DNA from: an uncultured delta proteobacterium
GTDB lineage: Bacteria; Desulfobacterota; Desulfobaccia; Desulfobaccales; 0-14-0-80-60-11
Direction: 5' to 3'
Assembly: GCA_963812015.1 (NCBI GenBank)
Contig: CAWETI010000003.1
Span: 320,001 to 384,000, forward strand
DNA length: 64,000 bases
Positions within the stretch are counted from its first letter, which is position 1. The number at the start of each line of letters is the position of its first letter. The notes below the pieces were generated by a model, which saw nothing but the letters and a program-made list of their open reading frames with translations, was not told the origin of the DNA and made no database searches. Below, piece by piece: positions 22,087 through 32,483 of the stretch. A program made the position numbers and the translations under genes.

Positions 22087-23673
22087 ATGACCACTCCAAA
22101 TAACGGCTCCCCGGTGGCGGTCAACAAATGGCTGGTCACCATTGCGGTGATGGCCGGCACCTTTATGGAGATTGTGGACACCACGGTGGTCAACGTGGCC
22201 CTGCCCCATATCGCCGGCAGCCTGGCCGCCTCGGAAGACGAAACCACCTGGATTCTGACGGCCTACCTGGTCTCCAACGCGGTCATCCTGCCCATCACCG
22301 GCTGGCTCTCGGCGCTGTTCGGCCGCAAGCGCTTTTTGATGCTCTGTATGGGGCTGTTCACCGTCAGTTCCATGTTGTGCGGCATGGCTACCAATCTGGG
22401 GATGCTCATCTTCTTCCGCATCATCCAGGGCGTCGGCGGCGGGGCGCTCCAGCCCATCTCCCAGGCCATTCTCCTGGAAACCTTTCCGGTGGAGGAGCGG
22501 GGTATGGCCATGGCCCTGTGGGGCATCGGGGTGATCATCGCCCCCATTGTGGGGCCGGTCATGGGTGGCTGGGTGACCGACAACCTCACCTGGCGCTGGG
22601 CCTTCTATATCAACCTGCCCATCGGTCTCCTGTCCCTGATCCTCACTTTTCTCTTCATCTTCGACCCGGATTACATCCGGCGCCAGCGGGCCGGCAGCAT
22701 CGACTATTGGGGGCTGGGGCTCTTGGTCGTGGGCCTGGGAGCCCTCCAGGTGGTGCTGGACAAAGGGGAGCGGGACGACTGGTTCTCATCGGCCTTCATC
22801 ACCCGCCTGGCCATTATCGCAGTGGTTGGCTTAATTGTTCTGATCTATCATGAGCTTAAGACCAGGCACCCGGTGGTGGACCTCCGCCTTTTCAAGGAGC
22901 GGAACTACGCCTCCGGGGTGACCATCATGTTCTTTTTCGGGTTTGTGCTCTACGGCAGCATCATGCTCCTGCCCTTGTTCCTCCAGACCCTCATGGGCTA
23001 CGACGCCACCCTGGCGGGCTGGGCCCTGGCCTTCGGGGGCATCGGCTCCCTGATGATCATGCCGGTGGTGGGCCGGCTGACCATGGTGATGGACAGCCGC
23101 AAGATAGTGTTTGTGGGTCTGGTTATCAATGCCTATGCCGTTTATCTCATGAGCGGCTACACCACCACTATTAATTTTTATCATGCCTGGTGGCCCCGGT
23201 TCATCCAGGGGTTTGGCCTGGGGGCCACCTTCGTATCCCTCACCACTCTCACCATGTCCCGCATCTCCCAGGAAAAAATGGGCAATGCCACCGGCATCTT
23301 CAACCTGATGCGCAACCTGGGGGGCTCCTTCGGCATAGCTACGGCAACCACCCTCCTGGCCCGACGGAGCCAGTTCCATCAAAGCCGCCTGGTGGAACAT
23401 CTCACCCCCCTTTCCCTCCCCTTTACCGACTGGCAGCATCGTTTGTCGCAAGCCATGCCGGACCTGGGAATCAACTGGCAGTGGTGGAATGCCCCCGAGG
23501 CCATGGCCGGGCTCTATCAGGAAGTACTGCGCCAGGCGAAAATGCTGGCCTTCTGCGACGACTACTGGTTCTTTACCATCGTTTTTCTCTGTCTATTGCC
23601 CCTGGTCTTTCTCATGCGGCGAGGCCCCAAGCCTGTGGTGGCGGAAGAACCGGGCAGAGAACCCCTTCCTTGA
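22087..23673 (+). CDS. DHA2 (EmrB/QacA) MFS efflux permease
   Basis: DTTVVNVALP, WRWAFYINLPIG, about 14 TM segments. Confidence 0.93.
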   Translation: MTTPNNGSPVAVNKWLVTIAVMAGTFMEIVDTTVVNVALPHIAGSLAASEDETTWILTAYLVSNAVILPITGWLSALFGRKRFLMLCMGLFTVSSMLCGMATNLGMLIFFRIIQGVGGGALQPISQAILLETFPVEERGMAMALWGIGVIIAPIVGPVMGGWVTDNLTWRWAFYINLPIGLLSLILTFLFIFDPDYIRRQRAGSIDYWGLGLLVVGLGALQVVLDKGERDDWFSSAFITRLAIIAVVGLIVLIYHELKTRHPVVDLRLFKERNYASGVTIMFFFGFVLYGSIMLLPLFLQTLMGYDATLAGWALAFGGIGSLMIMPVVGRLTMVMDSRKIVFVGLVINAYAVYLMSGYTTTINFYHAWWPRFIQGFGLGATFVSLTTLTMSRISQEKMGNATGIFNLMRNLGGSFGIATATTLLARRSQFHQSRLVEHLTPLSLPFTDWQHRLSQAMPDLGINWQWWNAPEAMAGLYQEVLRQAKMLAFCDDYWFFTIVFLCLLPLVFLMRRGPKPVVAEEPGREPLP

Positions 23674-23763
23674 TTGGCCGCACTCTGATATTATCCATTT
23701 AATCAGGGCCATCAATCGGCCGGCTGATGATCTCCCGTGCCCCCGGGCGAGAAGGATACGTAG

Positions 23764-24723
23764 GTGCGCCTTGTCAATCTAATTCTCCTGCTGATCGCCT
23801 CGATTTTCTTCATCTGGATTCTTAATGAGGTTGGCTGGGACATCCTGGGACATTATCTCTGGCAGGTAGGCTGGTATTGGCCGCTGCTTCTTCTGCCTTA
23901 TGGGGTGGTCAACTGGCTGGAATCCTGGTCCTGGAAATATATCCTCGTGGACCTGCCGGAAAAAACCACGGTGACCCGGCTCTTCTGGCTCCGTCTCGGG
24001 GGGGAAGCCCTGAACCAACTCACTCCCACCGCCTGCCTGGGGGGTGAGCCGTTTAAGGCCTCTCGCCTCCAGGCCGACGGCGTACCGTTGGAGTTAGCCA
24101 GCGCCTCGGTGGTGATCCTCAAGGGCATCCTGTTTCTGAGCCTGACTCTGTATATTATTACCGGGCTGGCCCTGGCCCCCATCTTTCTGCCGGAAGCGGC
24201 CAAGCATATGCTGCTCTTAAGCCTGGCGGCCCTGGGCCTGGTTGCGGTGGGCGTAACCTTCGTCGTGCTCCAGCGCCGGGAACCCTGCGGTAACAGCTTT
24301 CGCTTCCTCTCGAAGCGAGGCTGGGTTCCCCGCTTCCTCAAGGATCAGGAAGGCTTTTTAGAGGGTCTGGATACGGCCATGTCCCAATTTTACCGGCAAT
24401 ATCCGGCCCGGGCCGTGCTCGCCTTTTCCCTGTTTTTCTGCAGCTGGCTGCTCCATGCGGTGGAGGTCTACCTGATATTCCGGCTCCTGGGCCACCCCAT
24501 CAGTTGGGGCCTGGCCGTCTGCCTGGATGCCCTGGCCATGCTCTTCTCAGCCCTGGGATTTTTTATCCCCGCATCCATGGGAGTGCAGGAGGGCGGCAAC
24601 ATTCTCCTGGCCGTGGGCTTTAATTTGGGGTTCACCCTCGGCGCGGCCTTCAGCATCCTGCGGCGCATCCGGGAAGCCTTCTGGCTCTGCCTGGGTCTGG
24701 TGGTGGTGTGGCGGGAGAAATGA
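23764..24723 (+). CDS. Lysylphosphatidylglycerol synthase TM / flippase-like (UPF0104) protein
   Basis: NQLTP..GGEP and IPASMGVQEGG motifs. Confidence 0.75.
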   Translation: MRLVNLILLLIASIFFIWILNEVGWDILGHYLWQVGWYWPLLLLPYGVVNWLESWSWKYILVDLPEKTTVTRLFWLRLGGEALNQLTPTACLGGEPFKASRLQADGVPLELASASVVILKGILFLSLTLYIITGLALAPIFLPEAAKHMLLLSLAALGLVAVGVTFVVLQRREPCGNSFRFLSKRGWVPRFLKDQEGFLEGLDTAMSQFYRQYPARAVLAFSLFFCSWLLHAVEVYLIFRLLGHPISWGLAVCLDALAMLFSALGFFIPASMGVQEGGNILLAVGFNLGFTLGAAFSILRRIREAFWLCLGLVVVWREK

Positions 24724-24904
24724 TGTTGAGCCGCAAGCCTAGCCGCGGCCGAGTAACTTTTTAGGATAACCTGACCATATCAAATAATTTCTCTATGGAG
24801 TTTAACCGGAATATATATAGCAGATATATGATGGGGAAGATACCCCCCCTTTTTATCTTAATAAATAATTAATTTCAGCTGAGAACAAAGTATCTTGGTG
24901 ATGA

Positions 24905-26092
24905 TTAAGGGACCACCGGGACAGTATCTCGGGCTGAAACCCGGGGCCCTTCGTCCTTCTTTACCTTGAGATAATTGTCCACTAAACCAGCAATGACCTG
25001 ATTTCCCTCTTCGTTGTAATGTTTGACCTTAATGAGTTTAAAAGGATTGCGTCCCTGGAGATAATCAACCATCCCGGGGCCGAGATTCAGGCACTCCACC
25101 CCCTCTTTCGCCAACCGGTCAACCAGGTTTTGAAAACTCCAGACGCCGGTCTTAAGAAAATATTGCAGATCCACCGGGTGGGGAATCAATATGATGACCG
25201 GCTGTTTATTTCTGCAAATCGCCAAGTCCCAGAACGCCTTGGCGATCTTGGCAGTAATAACCAGACTGCCCGATGGGTGATTCTCCTGGTAAAAATCGGC
25301 CCAATAGGGCCTCCCCATAATTCTCGGTATGACCCGGAAGTGCCGCCATGATTTTATCAGGGAAATCGTGAAAGGGAACCGTAACTTGAAGGGGCCTTGG
25401 GGCCCATCCAACCGGAAATATTCGTAGGGCAAGAACGAGTTCGGGTCTTTGACCAGTTTCTCATAGTCAGCCTTGGACATTTCCGGCAAGGGGACCAGTT
25501 CCAGATCTCCGGTCCGGTTGAGGATAAACTTGGGTGTCAGACCATAGCGCATCGGATAGTAAAGATTTCTCAACTGGTTGACGTTCCTTATGATATTATC
25601 AGAAAAAATTCCCAGGATTACTATGGGGGACTCATCATTTTGGTTTAACTTGAAGCGCAGATAGGCCTGATCCGTCCCATACCCTCCCACGGCATAATTT
25701 GCCACCCGGCACTGTTCAAGTTTGGAAAGAAGATTGGACCAGGCATGATCGTCATCCACCTCCTCCGCGTAAGTGAAGGAATCGCCGTACAGGGAGATAC
25801 ATGAAGGAAATCTGTCAGGATCTGGATAGGCCGGGATAGGCCTTGATCCCATCTTGTCCCGGTCTTTCTTGTCCGGTAAGGTTGACGTCCACCCCAACAC
25901 CGGGTCCCGGTAGCGTAGATAATCAGCGTAATCGTGAAGATCGCTCTCTTCCTGGTAGAACACCCTATGAGATTTGGCTAAAAAATCCCCCACCCCATAG
26001 GCGCATAATTCCATGAGAAAGAGATTAAATATCATCAGGATGGAGTAATATAAGTATCTCTTTCTCTTTGTCAAAACACTCTGATCGGGCAT
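24905..26092 (-). CDS. Membrane-anchored SGNH/GDSL hydrolase-like protein
   Basis: YGDSFTY, NYAVGGYGTDQ and HYNEEGNQVIA; N-terminal TM segment; lower GC. Confidence 0.7.
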   Translation of the reverse strand: MPDQSVLTKRKRYLYYSILMIFNLFLMELCAYGVGDFLAKSHRVFYQEESDLHDYADYLRYRDPVLGWTSTLPDKKDRDKMGSRPIPAYPDPDRFPSCISLYGDSFTYAEEVDDDHAWSNLLSKLEQCRVANYAVGGYGTDQAYLRFKLNQNDESPIVILGIFSDNIIRNVNQLRNLYYPMRYGLTPKFILNRTGDLELVPLPEMSKADYEKLVKDPNSFLPYEYFRLDGPQGPFKLRFPFTISLIKSWRHFRVIPRIMGRPYWADFYQENHPSGSLVITAKIAKAFWDLAICRNKQPVIILIPHPVDLQYFLKTGVWSFQNLVDRLAKEGVECLNLGPGMVDYLQGRNPFKLIKVKHYNEEGNQVIAGLVDNYLKVKKDEGPRVSARDTVPVVP

Positions 26093-26640
26093 GGAAAAAA
26101 TTCCTACATGACTCTAACCCCGACCCAAGTAATTTGGGAGAGTCCTCTCATCCCTTGGGAAGGGGGTCGACTGACGAAAAGGCTTCCGGGAAAATCAGGG
26201 ATTAACCCCGGAGATACTTCCAGCCGCGACCGGTTTTTGAGAGATAAGAAGATTGCCGAGTATATTAATTAAAATAATAAGAATAACGTAAATCCGATTA
26301 TTAGCAATCCTGCTCTGATGATAAGGCCAAATTGTTTTAAATATCGGATCAATCTTGTGAACCCAGATTATGCAGCAACCTTGGCCACCGCAGTCAAAAA
26401 TTGCTTTTTTGGACCTTTTGGCTCAGGAAAAATCTCCGATAGTTTCTGTTTTATGCCGAATCCTCTCCTCCGCGGCATCATAGCACAACGTTAGCTGAAT
26501 AAAGTAATTTTGTCTCAGATTTTGGACAACGCCTGTCAAGAGAAGAGAGCAGGAAGGACAGATAACTTGTAACTTGGTACTAGCAAAACTACCTGTCAAT
26601 TGAAAAGTGTTGTCGATAGGATATGCATAACGGAACGCCA

Positions 26641-27894
26641 TCAGGACCCGCCAAACAACCGCACCTTAACGGTTTCGCCTTTAACCAGGCCTTCCACTCC
26701 CAGGGGGATCATCACCAGGCCGTCGCTTTTCACCAAGGGGGACAGCAACCCCGAAGGCCCCAGGACCGGGTCGGCCCACAGGGTCTCCCCCTCCCGGCGC
26801 AGACGCACCCTGACGTAGTCTTCCCGGCCCGTGGCTCCGGCCAGGTTCCGGGACAATGAGGCGGTTACGGCGCCCCCCCAGGGGGGCGGGCCGGTCAGAC
26901 CGGCCAGGCGCATCAACAAGGGTCGCCCCAGGACGTCCATGACCACGGCGGCGGAGGCCGGGTGCCCCGGCAACCCCATGAGGGGCTTGGGACGGGTTTC
27001 GCCCACCCCGGCCAGGATGGTGGGTTTGCCGGGCCTGAGGGCCACCCCGTGCACCAAGATCTCGGCCCCGGGTAGGTCCTGGATGGCGGTAAGGGTCAGA
27101 TCCCTAACGCCCACGGAGCTGCCCCCGGAGACCAGGATCAGGTCTGCGGCGTCCAGAGCCGCGGCCAGGGTTTTTCGTAAGAGAGAAAAATCATCGGGCA
27201 CTATGCCCTGGAGCAGAGGCAGGCCGCCCCACTCGGCCACCTGGGCCGCAGCCAGATAGGCATTGGAATCCCGCACCTGTCCCGGCCGGGGTTTTGCGTC
27301 CAGGGGGACGATTTCATCCCCGGAAGAGATAATGGCCACACGGGGCTTTTGGTAAACCACCATACGAAAAATTCCCAGGGCAGCCAGGAGGCCGATTTCC
27401 TGGGGGCGGAGGCGACGGCCGGCCGGGAAGAGTGGTTCCCCCCGGGCCACATCCTCCCCGGGCTTCAGGACGTTTTCGCCGGGGGCAACGGCCCGGCGCA
27501 CCTCCAGGGTCCCGTCCGGGTGCTCGGCGGTGTATTCGATCATCACCACCGCGTCGGCGCCTTCGGGCAACATGGCGCCGGTGGCCACCCGCAGGGTCTC
27601 GCCGCCGGCCACGCCCCGGCCGGGGGTCACCCCCATGGGGACTTCCCCATTGATCTCCAGGTACTGGGGCGCGCCGACGCTGGCCCCGAAAGTGTCCTGG
27701 GCCCGGACCGCGTAGCCGTCCATGGTGGCCCGCAGGAACCCGGGCACATCCTCCGGCGCAGCGATGGGCGTGGCCAGGACCCGGCCCTGGGCATCCGCTA
27801 GCTCCACCTCCTCCACCCCCACCGGCGGAAACCGGTCATAGAGGGCGAGGACTTCTTGGCGGGTTTGCAGGCGGAAGAATTCTAATTGGGTCAT
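26641..27894 (-). CDS. moeA: Molybdopterin molybdotransferase MoeA
   Basis: RATMDGYAV, TGAMLPEGADAVVMIE, SGGSSVG, RPGKP and GLPGHP; start moved to ATG 27894. Confidence 0.93.
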   Translation of the reverse strand: MTQLEFFRLQTRQEVLALYDRFPPVGVEEVELADAQGRVLATPIAAPEDVPGFLRATMDGYAVRAQDTFGASVGAPQYLEINGEVPMGVTPGRGVAGGETLRVATGAMLPEGADAVVMIEYTAEHPDGTLEVRRAVAPGENVLKPGEDVARGEPLFPAGRRLRPQEIGLLAALGIFRMVVYQKPRVAIISSGDEIVPLDAKPRPGQVRDSNAYLAAAQVAEWGGLPLLQGIVPDDFSLLRKTLAAALDAADLILVSGGSSVGVRDLTLTAIQDLPGAEILVHGVALRPGKPTILAGVGETRPKPLMGLPGHPASAAVVMDVLGRPLLMRLAGLTGPPPWGGAVTASLSRNLAGATGREDYVRVRLRREGETLWADPVLGPSGLLSPLVKSDGLVMIPLGVEGLVKGETVKVRLFGGS

Positions 27895-28014
27895 TCGGTT
27901 TAATACTCTCAATTGGCAATGCAGCAAGAGCATTGCCCACCGTTGTGCAAATGCACAGGCGGGACGCCGGTGCCCACCAGGATTTTTTAGATGGTGCGCA
28001 GGGCGCACCCTACG

Positions 28015-30045
28015 TTAAACTCGTGAAAATATCCTTACATCTACCGCAAACAAGCCCTTCTCATACAGCAGCAACGGGTTGATTTCGATCTGGTCCAGTT
28101 CCGGGTGTTTTCCGGCAAAGCGGGCCAGGGCCTTCATGGCCATGAGCAGCGCCTCGGTGTCCCGGGGGTGGTGGCCCCGGTAGCCGGTGAGGAGGGGGTA
28201 GCCCTTAACCCGCTTCATCAGGTCTTCCAACTCGGCGTCCTCAGCGGGAAGGAGGCAGAAGGCTACGTCCTTATAAATTTCGGTGTTGATGCCGCCCAGG
28301 CCGAACATCAGGGTGGAGCCGTACTGGGGATCGGTGATGGTGCTTAGGATGACTTCCAGGCCGCCGGGTTTGGCCATGGGGGAGATACTGACGCCGCCGA
28401 TGGTGACCCAGCGCTCATAGAGTTGGGTGGCGTCCATGATCTCCTGGTAGGCCTGGCGCACTTCCGCCTCGTTCTCCAGCCCCAGGTAAACCCCGCCCAT
28501 GTCGGTTTTATGGGCGATCTCGGGGGAGGCGATTTTCATGGCTACCGGGTAACCGAACTGCCGGGCCAGTTCCACGGCCTCTTCGACCTCTTTGGCCAGG
28601 GGGGCGGCGGCGGTGGGGATGCCGGCTTTGGCCAGCAAGGCTACGGCTTCCGGGGGCGGGAGTAGACAGAGCCCCTCGGGCACCGCCAGCTTGGGACGGC
28701 CGAGGGCCGGGGTCGGGCGGGGCTCGAACCGAAAGAACTGGGCCAGGGCCTTGATGCCCCGTTCCGGGGTAGGAAAGACCGGGATGCCGGCCTTATAAAA
28801 ATGCTGGCGCTCTTCCCGCTCCACCTCGGCGCCACCCAGGAAAACGACCAATTCCGAAGCGCCAGGGGTGACCTGTTGGGAGGCCCCCGGGATGGGGTCC
28901 CCGAAGATTACCACCTGGGTGTCGTACTCCTCCCGAGTTTTGTCCATCACCTGCTTGTAGAGGTCCGGGGCGCTGATGGCGTCGCCGGTCAAATCCACCG
29001 GGTTGCCCACAGCGCAGTGGGCCGGGAGCATCTCCCGCAGTTTTTCTTTAAGTAGGGGATTGGGCTCTGGGACTGTCAGGCCGTGGTTCTCGGCCTCGTC
29101 GATGGCCAAAATCGCCGCGCCGCCGGAGGAGGTGGTGATCATGAGCTTCCTGCCCTTAGGTTTGGGGAGATAGGCCAGGGCCTTGGCAAAGTCGAAGAGT
29201 TCTTCCAGGGTATCGGCCCGGTGGACCCGGTACTTGCGGAACAGGGCGTCATAGATGGCGTCGGTCCCGGCCATGGATTTGGTGTGGGACTCGGCGGCGC
29301 GGCTGCCCTGGGTGGTGCGCCCCGCCTTGAGGATGACCACTGGCTTTTCGGTCTCCCGCAAGGCGTCGAGGAAGTAGGAGGCCCGTTTGACCCCTTCGAG
29401 ATACAGGGCGATGACCTGGGTGTGGGGGTCCTGGTTGAAGTACATGAGCACCTCGGCCTCATCCACGTCCACCCGGTTGCCCAGAGACACGAAGCCGCTG
29501 ACCCCCAGGTGTTCGGCCGCGGCCATATCCAGGAAGGCGGCGCCCACGGTGCCGGACTGTGAGGCGAAGGCGATCCGGCCCCGGGTGGTGATCAGCGGCC
29601 AGGAGGCGCACATCAGTTCATGGGGCATGTTGACCCCCTGGCAGTTGGGGCCGATGACCCGAATCCCGGTCTTACGAACGACCTGGGCCAGCTCATCCTG
29701 GAGGCGTTCCCCGTCAGGGCCGGCTTCGGCAAAGCCGCCGGTGATGACGATGGCCGCCTTGACGCCTTTCTCGGCGCACTGCTCCAAAGTGGCAGCTACG
29801 ATCCGGGCGGGAATCACCACCACCGCCAGGTCCGGGGCCGCCGGGGTGTCGGCGATGCTTTTATAGACCCTGAGGCCCAGGATTTCGTCGGCCTTGGGGT
29901 TAATGGGATAGAGGGCGCCGGGAAAGCCGCCGTTCTTGAGATTGGCCAGGATGTCGTGGCCCAGTTTGCCGGGGGCGGTGGATGCGCCGATGACGGCGAC
30001 GCTGGTGGGCTTAAAGATGGGGGCGAGGCTGGCGAGTATGTCCAT
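28015..30045 (-). CDS. ADP-forming acetate/acyl-CoA ligase, fused alpha-beta
   Basis: VAVIGAS, IGPNCQG, AESHT (phospho-His) and C-terminal ATP-grasp HKTDMGGV. Confidence 0.9.
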   Translation of the reverse strand: MDILASLAPIFKPTSVAVIGASTAPGKLGHDILANLKNGGFPGALYPINPKADEILGLRVYKSIADTPAAPDLAVVVIPARIVAATLEQCAEKGVKAAIVITGGFAEAGPDGERLQDELAQVVRKTGIRVIGPNCQGVNMPHELMCASWPLITTRGRIAFASQSGTVGAAFLDMAAAEHLGVSGFVSLGNRVDVDEAEVLMYFNQDPHTQVIALYLEGVKRASYFLDALRETEKPVVILKAGRTTQGSRAAESHTKSMAGTDAIYDALFRKYRVHRADTLEELFDFAKALAYLPKPKGRKLMITTSSGGAAILAIDEAENHGLTVPEPNPLLKEKLREMLPAHCAVGNPVDLTGDAISAPDLYKQVMDKTREEYDTQVVIFGDPIPGASQQVTPGASELVVFLGGAEVEREERQHFYKAGIPVFPTPERGIKALAQFFRFEPRPTPALGRPKLAVPEGLCLLPPPEAVALLAKAGIPTAAAPLAKEVEEAVELARQFGYPVAMKIASPEIAHKTDMGGVYLGLENEAEVRQAYQEIMDATQLYERWVTIGGVSISPMAKPGGLEVILSTITDPQYGSTLMFGLGGINTEIYKDVAFCLLPAEDAELEDLMKRVKGYPLLTGYRGHHPRDTEALLMAMKALARFAGKHPELDQIEINPLLLYEKGLFAVDVRIFSRV

Positions 30046-30265
30046 GGGGCCTCCAAGTCAAATGTAATGGCTTAAGATACCCCGATGATAGCATAGAGGG
30101 CGAAAAGGGGAAGGGGGGAAAAGAGGGGGTGGCCGGGGGCGGCGATTTTCGCCAGGGTCAAATGCCGGGCTTCCCTTGCCTCGTCCGGCAAGAGTAATTA
30201 TAAGAGAGATAGTGGTGGTGACGGGAACCCGGTGACCGGGAATAGCTGAGAGAATCGGAGGGAAT

Positions 30266-30445
30266 ATGGCGAGGAAAAAATTCGTGGTGCGGGCGGAGTG
30301 CCCGGCGTGTGCCTGCGGGGATATCTCCTTTTTGGGGCCGGAGACGCTGAGGGAGAAGTTCATCGGGGACGAAAAAGAGATCGACATCCTCTGCCCCATG
30401 TGCGGCACCAAGACCAAGGGGAAGCTGGACGAAGAGAAGAAGTAG
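30266..30445 (+). CDS. Small zinc-ribbon protein, 59 aa (absent from ORF track)
   Basis: MARKKFVVRAECPACACGD…ILCPMCGTKTKGKLDEEKK; GGAGG RBS; two CxxC pairs. Confidence 0.75.
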   Translation: MARKKFVVRAECPACACGDISFLGPETLREKFIGDEKEIDILCPMCGTKTKGKLDEEKK

Positions 30446-30672
30446 CTGGGGAATTTGTGGGGTTCGGAGTAGGCCCGGGGGTCGGTGATAATCCGACTTC
30501 CGGGTTTTTTATAAGGGGGAAAAGGGGAAAAGGGGAAAAGGGGGAAGGGGGAGAGGGTGTGCCGGGGCGGCGCCGGGGTCGTGCCGCGTGAAATCGAGGG
30601 GGTGGCGAGGGTAAGTCATGGGATATCCGCATGAAATCGGGGTGGGGGCGGGGGTGGGCCGGGACGGGTCCA

Positions 30673-31059
30673 TTAAAAACGGCCCTCCAGGGACTGGCTG
30701 AGTCGGGCGCGCAGGGTCAGGACCTTGAGGGACTCCTGGATGCAGCCCAGGGAGATGTGGAGGGAGTGGGCGTCCTGGGATTTTAAGAAGAGACGGTCCA
30801 GGCGGACCTTATAGAGCTCCAACTCGTCCAGGAAGGCGGCGAGTTTGGCCTGCTGGTCCTCTCGGCCCTGGGCGGCCAGGGCGTGGCGGAGATGCTTGGT
30901 GTGGCGGGAGAGGGCGGACGGGGAGAGGCCGTATAAGGCCGCCAGGGGGCGGAGGGACAGGCCAGTCATCAAGGCGCGGTCGATCTCGGCCAGGGAGGGG
31001 TGATGGCAGACGGAACAGAGGCCGGGCCGCAGGCCGGGGTGAGCTTTTTTGTCAGGCAT
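30673..31059 (-). CDS. Hypothetical CxxC + helix-turn-helix protein
   Basis: CSVCHHP…SLRPLAALYGLSPSALSRH followed by a helical tail. Confidence 0.6.
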   Translation of the reverse strand: MPDKKAHPGLRPGLCSVCHHPSLAEIDRALMTGLSLRPLAALYGLSPSALSRHTKHLRHALAAQGREDQQAKLAAFLDELELYKVRLDRLFLKSQDAHSLHISLGCIQESLKVLTLRARLSQSLEGRF

Positions 31060-31463
31060 GTGGGACACTCCTGGGGGTGTTATCGGTTGATGGTACCGCA
31101 GAGGCGGGACGCGTGTGCCTCTGGACAGAAATTTAGCTTAAGGAGGCGGCGGGGGGCCAGCACGGAAAAGACGGATGACAGAAAAATGGGGGCGAAAAGG
31201 GGAAAAGGGGAAAGGCCGAAAAGTTAAAAAATCTTGAAAGAATTTGACAAGTTGGCGGCGATTATTTTAACATGGGTGCAAAGTGTAGAAGCGCTGGGGG
31301 TGACTGTCCTATACTAAATTGGAAATTGAAAATATTTTGTGTTTTTGAATTTCTGCTATAATTATCTTATAATTCAATAAGTTATATGGGCTTACTGAAT
31401 AAAGTTGATTTAATAAATATATAATCATCTAATGCTAAAATTACATATTAAGAGGCCCTACAA

Positions 31464-32471
31464 ATGGATAGAGTTGAATATGAAAAAATGATCGTATAGG
31501 ACCTTATTAATCAGAATAAAAATAAGGAAATTGATATAACGCCATGGTATCAGCGGCGATCAGTATGGGCTACTCCGCAAAAGTCTTATTTAATCAATAC
31601 TCTTTTTGAAAAAAAACCAATCCCATCACTCTATATACGTCATTCTTTAGACTTAGAAGCTGAAAAAAGCATACGTGAAGTCGTTGATGGACAGCAGAGA
31701 ATTCGAGCTATTCTTGAATATATCGATGATAAATTCACAGCCAAGCATCCAAATCATCGAATAAAAATAAAGTATTCTGAGTTAACGCGGTCTGAGGCTG
31801 AAGATTTCAGATTGACAAGTTTGTCTATTGGTTATCTCTTGGGCGCGACTGATGAGGATGTCATTGAAATATTTGGAAGATTAAACTCAGTCGCGAAGTC
31901 TTTAAATGCTCAAGAAAAACGTAATGCCCGATTTAGCGGAGAATTTAAGCAATTTTGCTTAAGACAAGCGGCAATTAGGCTTTCTTTGTGGCGTGACTTA
32001 AATATTTTTACAGCTAATGATATTGCAAGAATGAGTGAAGTCCAATTTATATCTGATTTGGTTTTTAATATGATAAATGGTTTATCAGATTATAGTTCAG
32101 AAAAATTAGACAAAATTTATAATGAATTTGATGAGGATTTTCCAAGACAGGATGAAATATCGGGACGTTTTGAAAATGTTTTTTCGCAAATTGCAGGCTT
32201 AGATCCAAGCGCTATCAAAGATACTATTTTTAGTCGGCAACCATTGTTTTTTTCTCTTTGCTTAATTCTTGATTCCTTAGGCAAAAAGATGGCCCATAAA
32301 ATTCTTGAGCAAGTATTATTCTCATTAGACCAGAATTTTAATGCTGATACACCAATTGCTGAGCGAAAACCAGAAGATGTCGAATTTTATAATGCTTGCA
32401 TCGCGAGTACCCAGAGAATAAGATCAAGGAAAACACGTGATACCTTTATAAGAAAATATATCCAACTATAG
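31464..32471 (+). pseudogene. DUF262 (ParB-like/GmrS-type) protein interrupted by TAG at codon 12
   Basis: Frame from ATG 31464 reads MDRVEYEKMIV*DLIN…PWYQRRSVW…VVDGQQRIRAI…FGRLNS; TAG at 31497-31499; AT-rich. Confidence 0.85.
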
Positions 32472-32483
32472 GCGAGTCAAATT

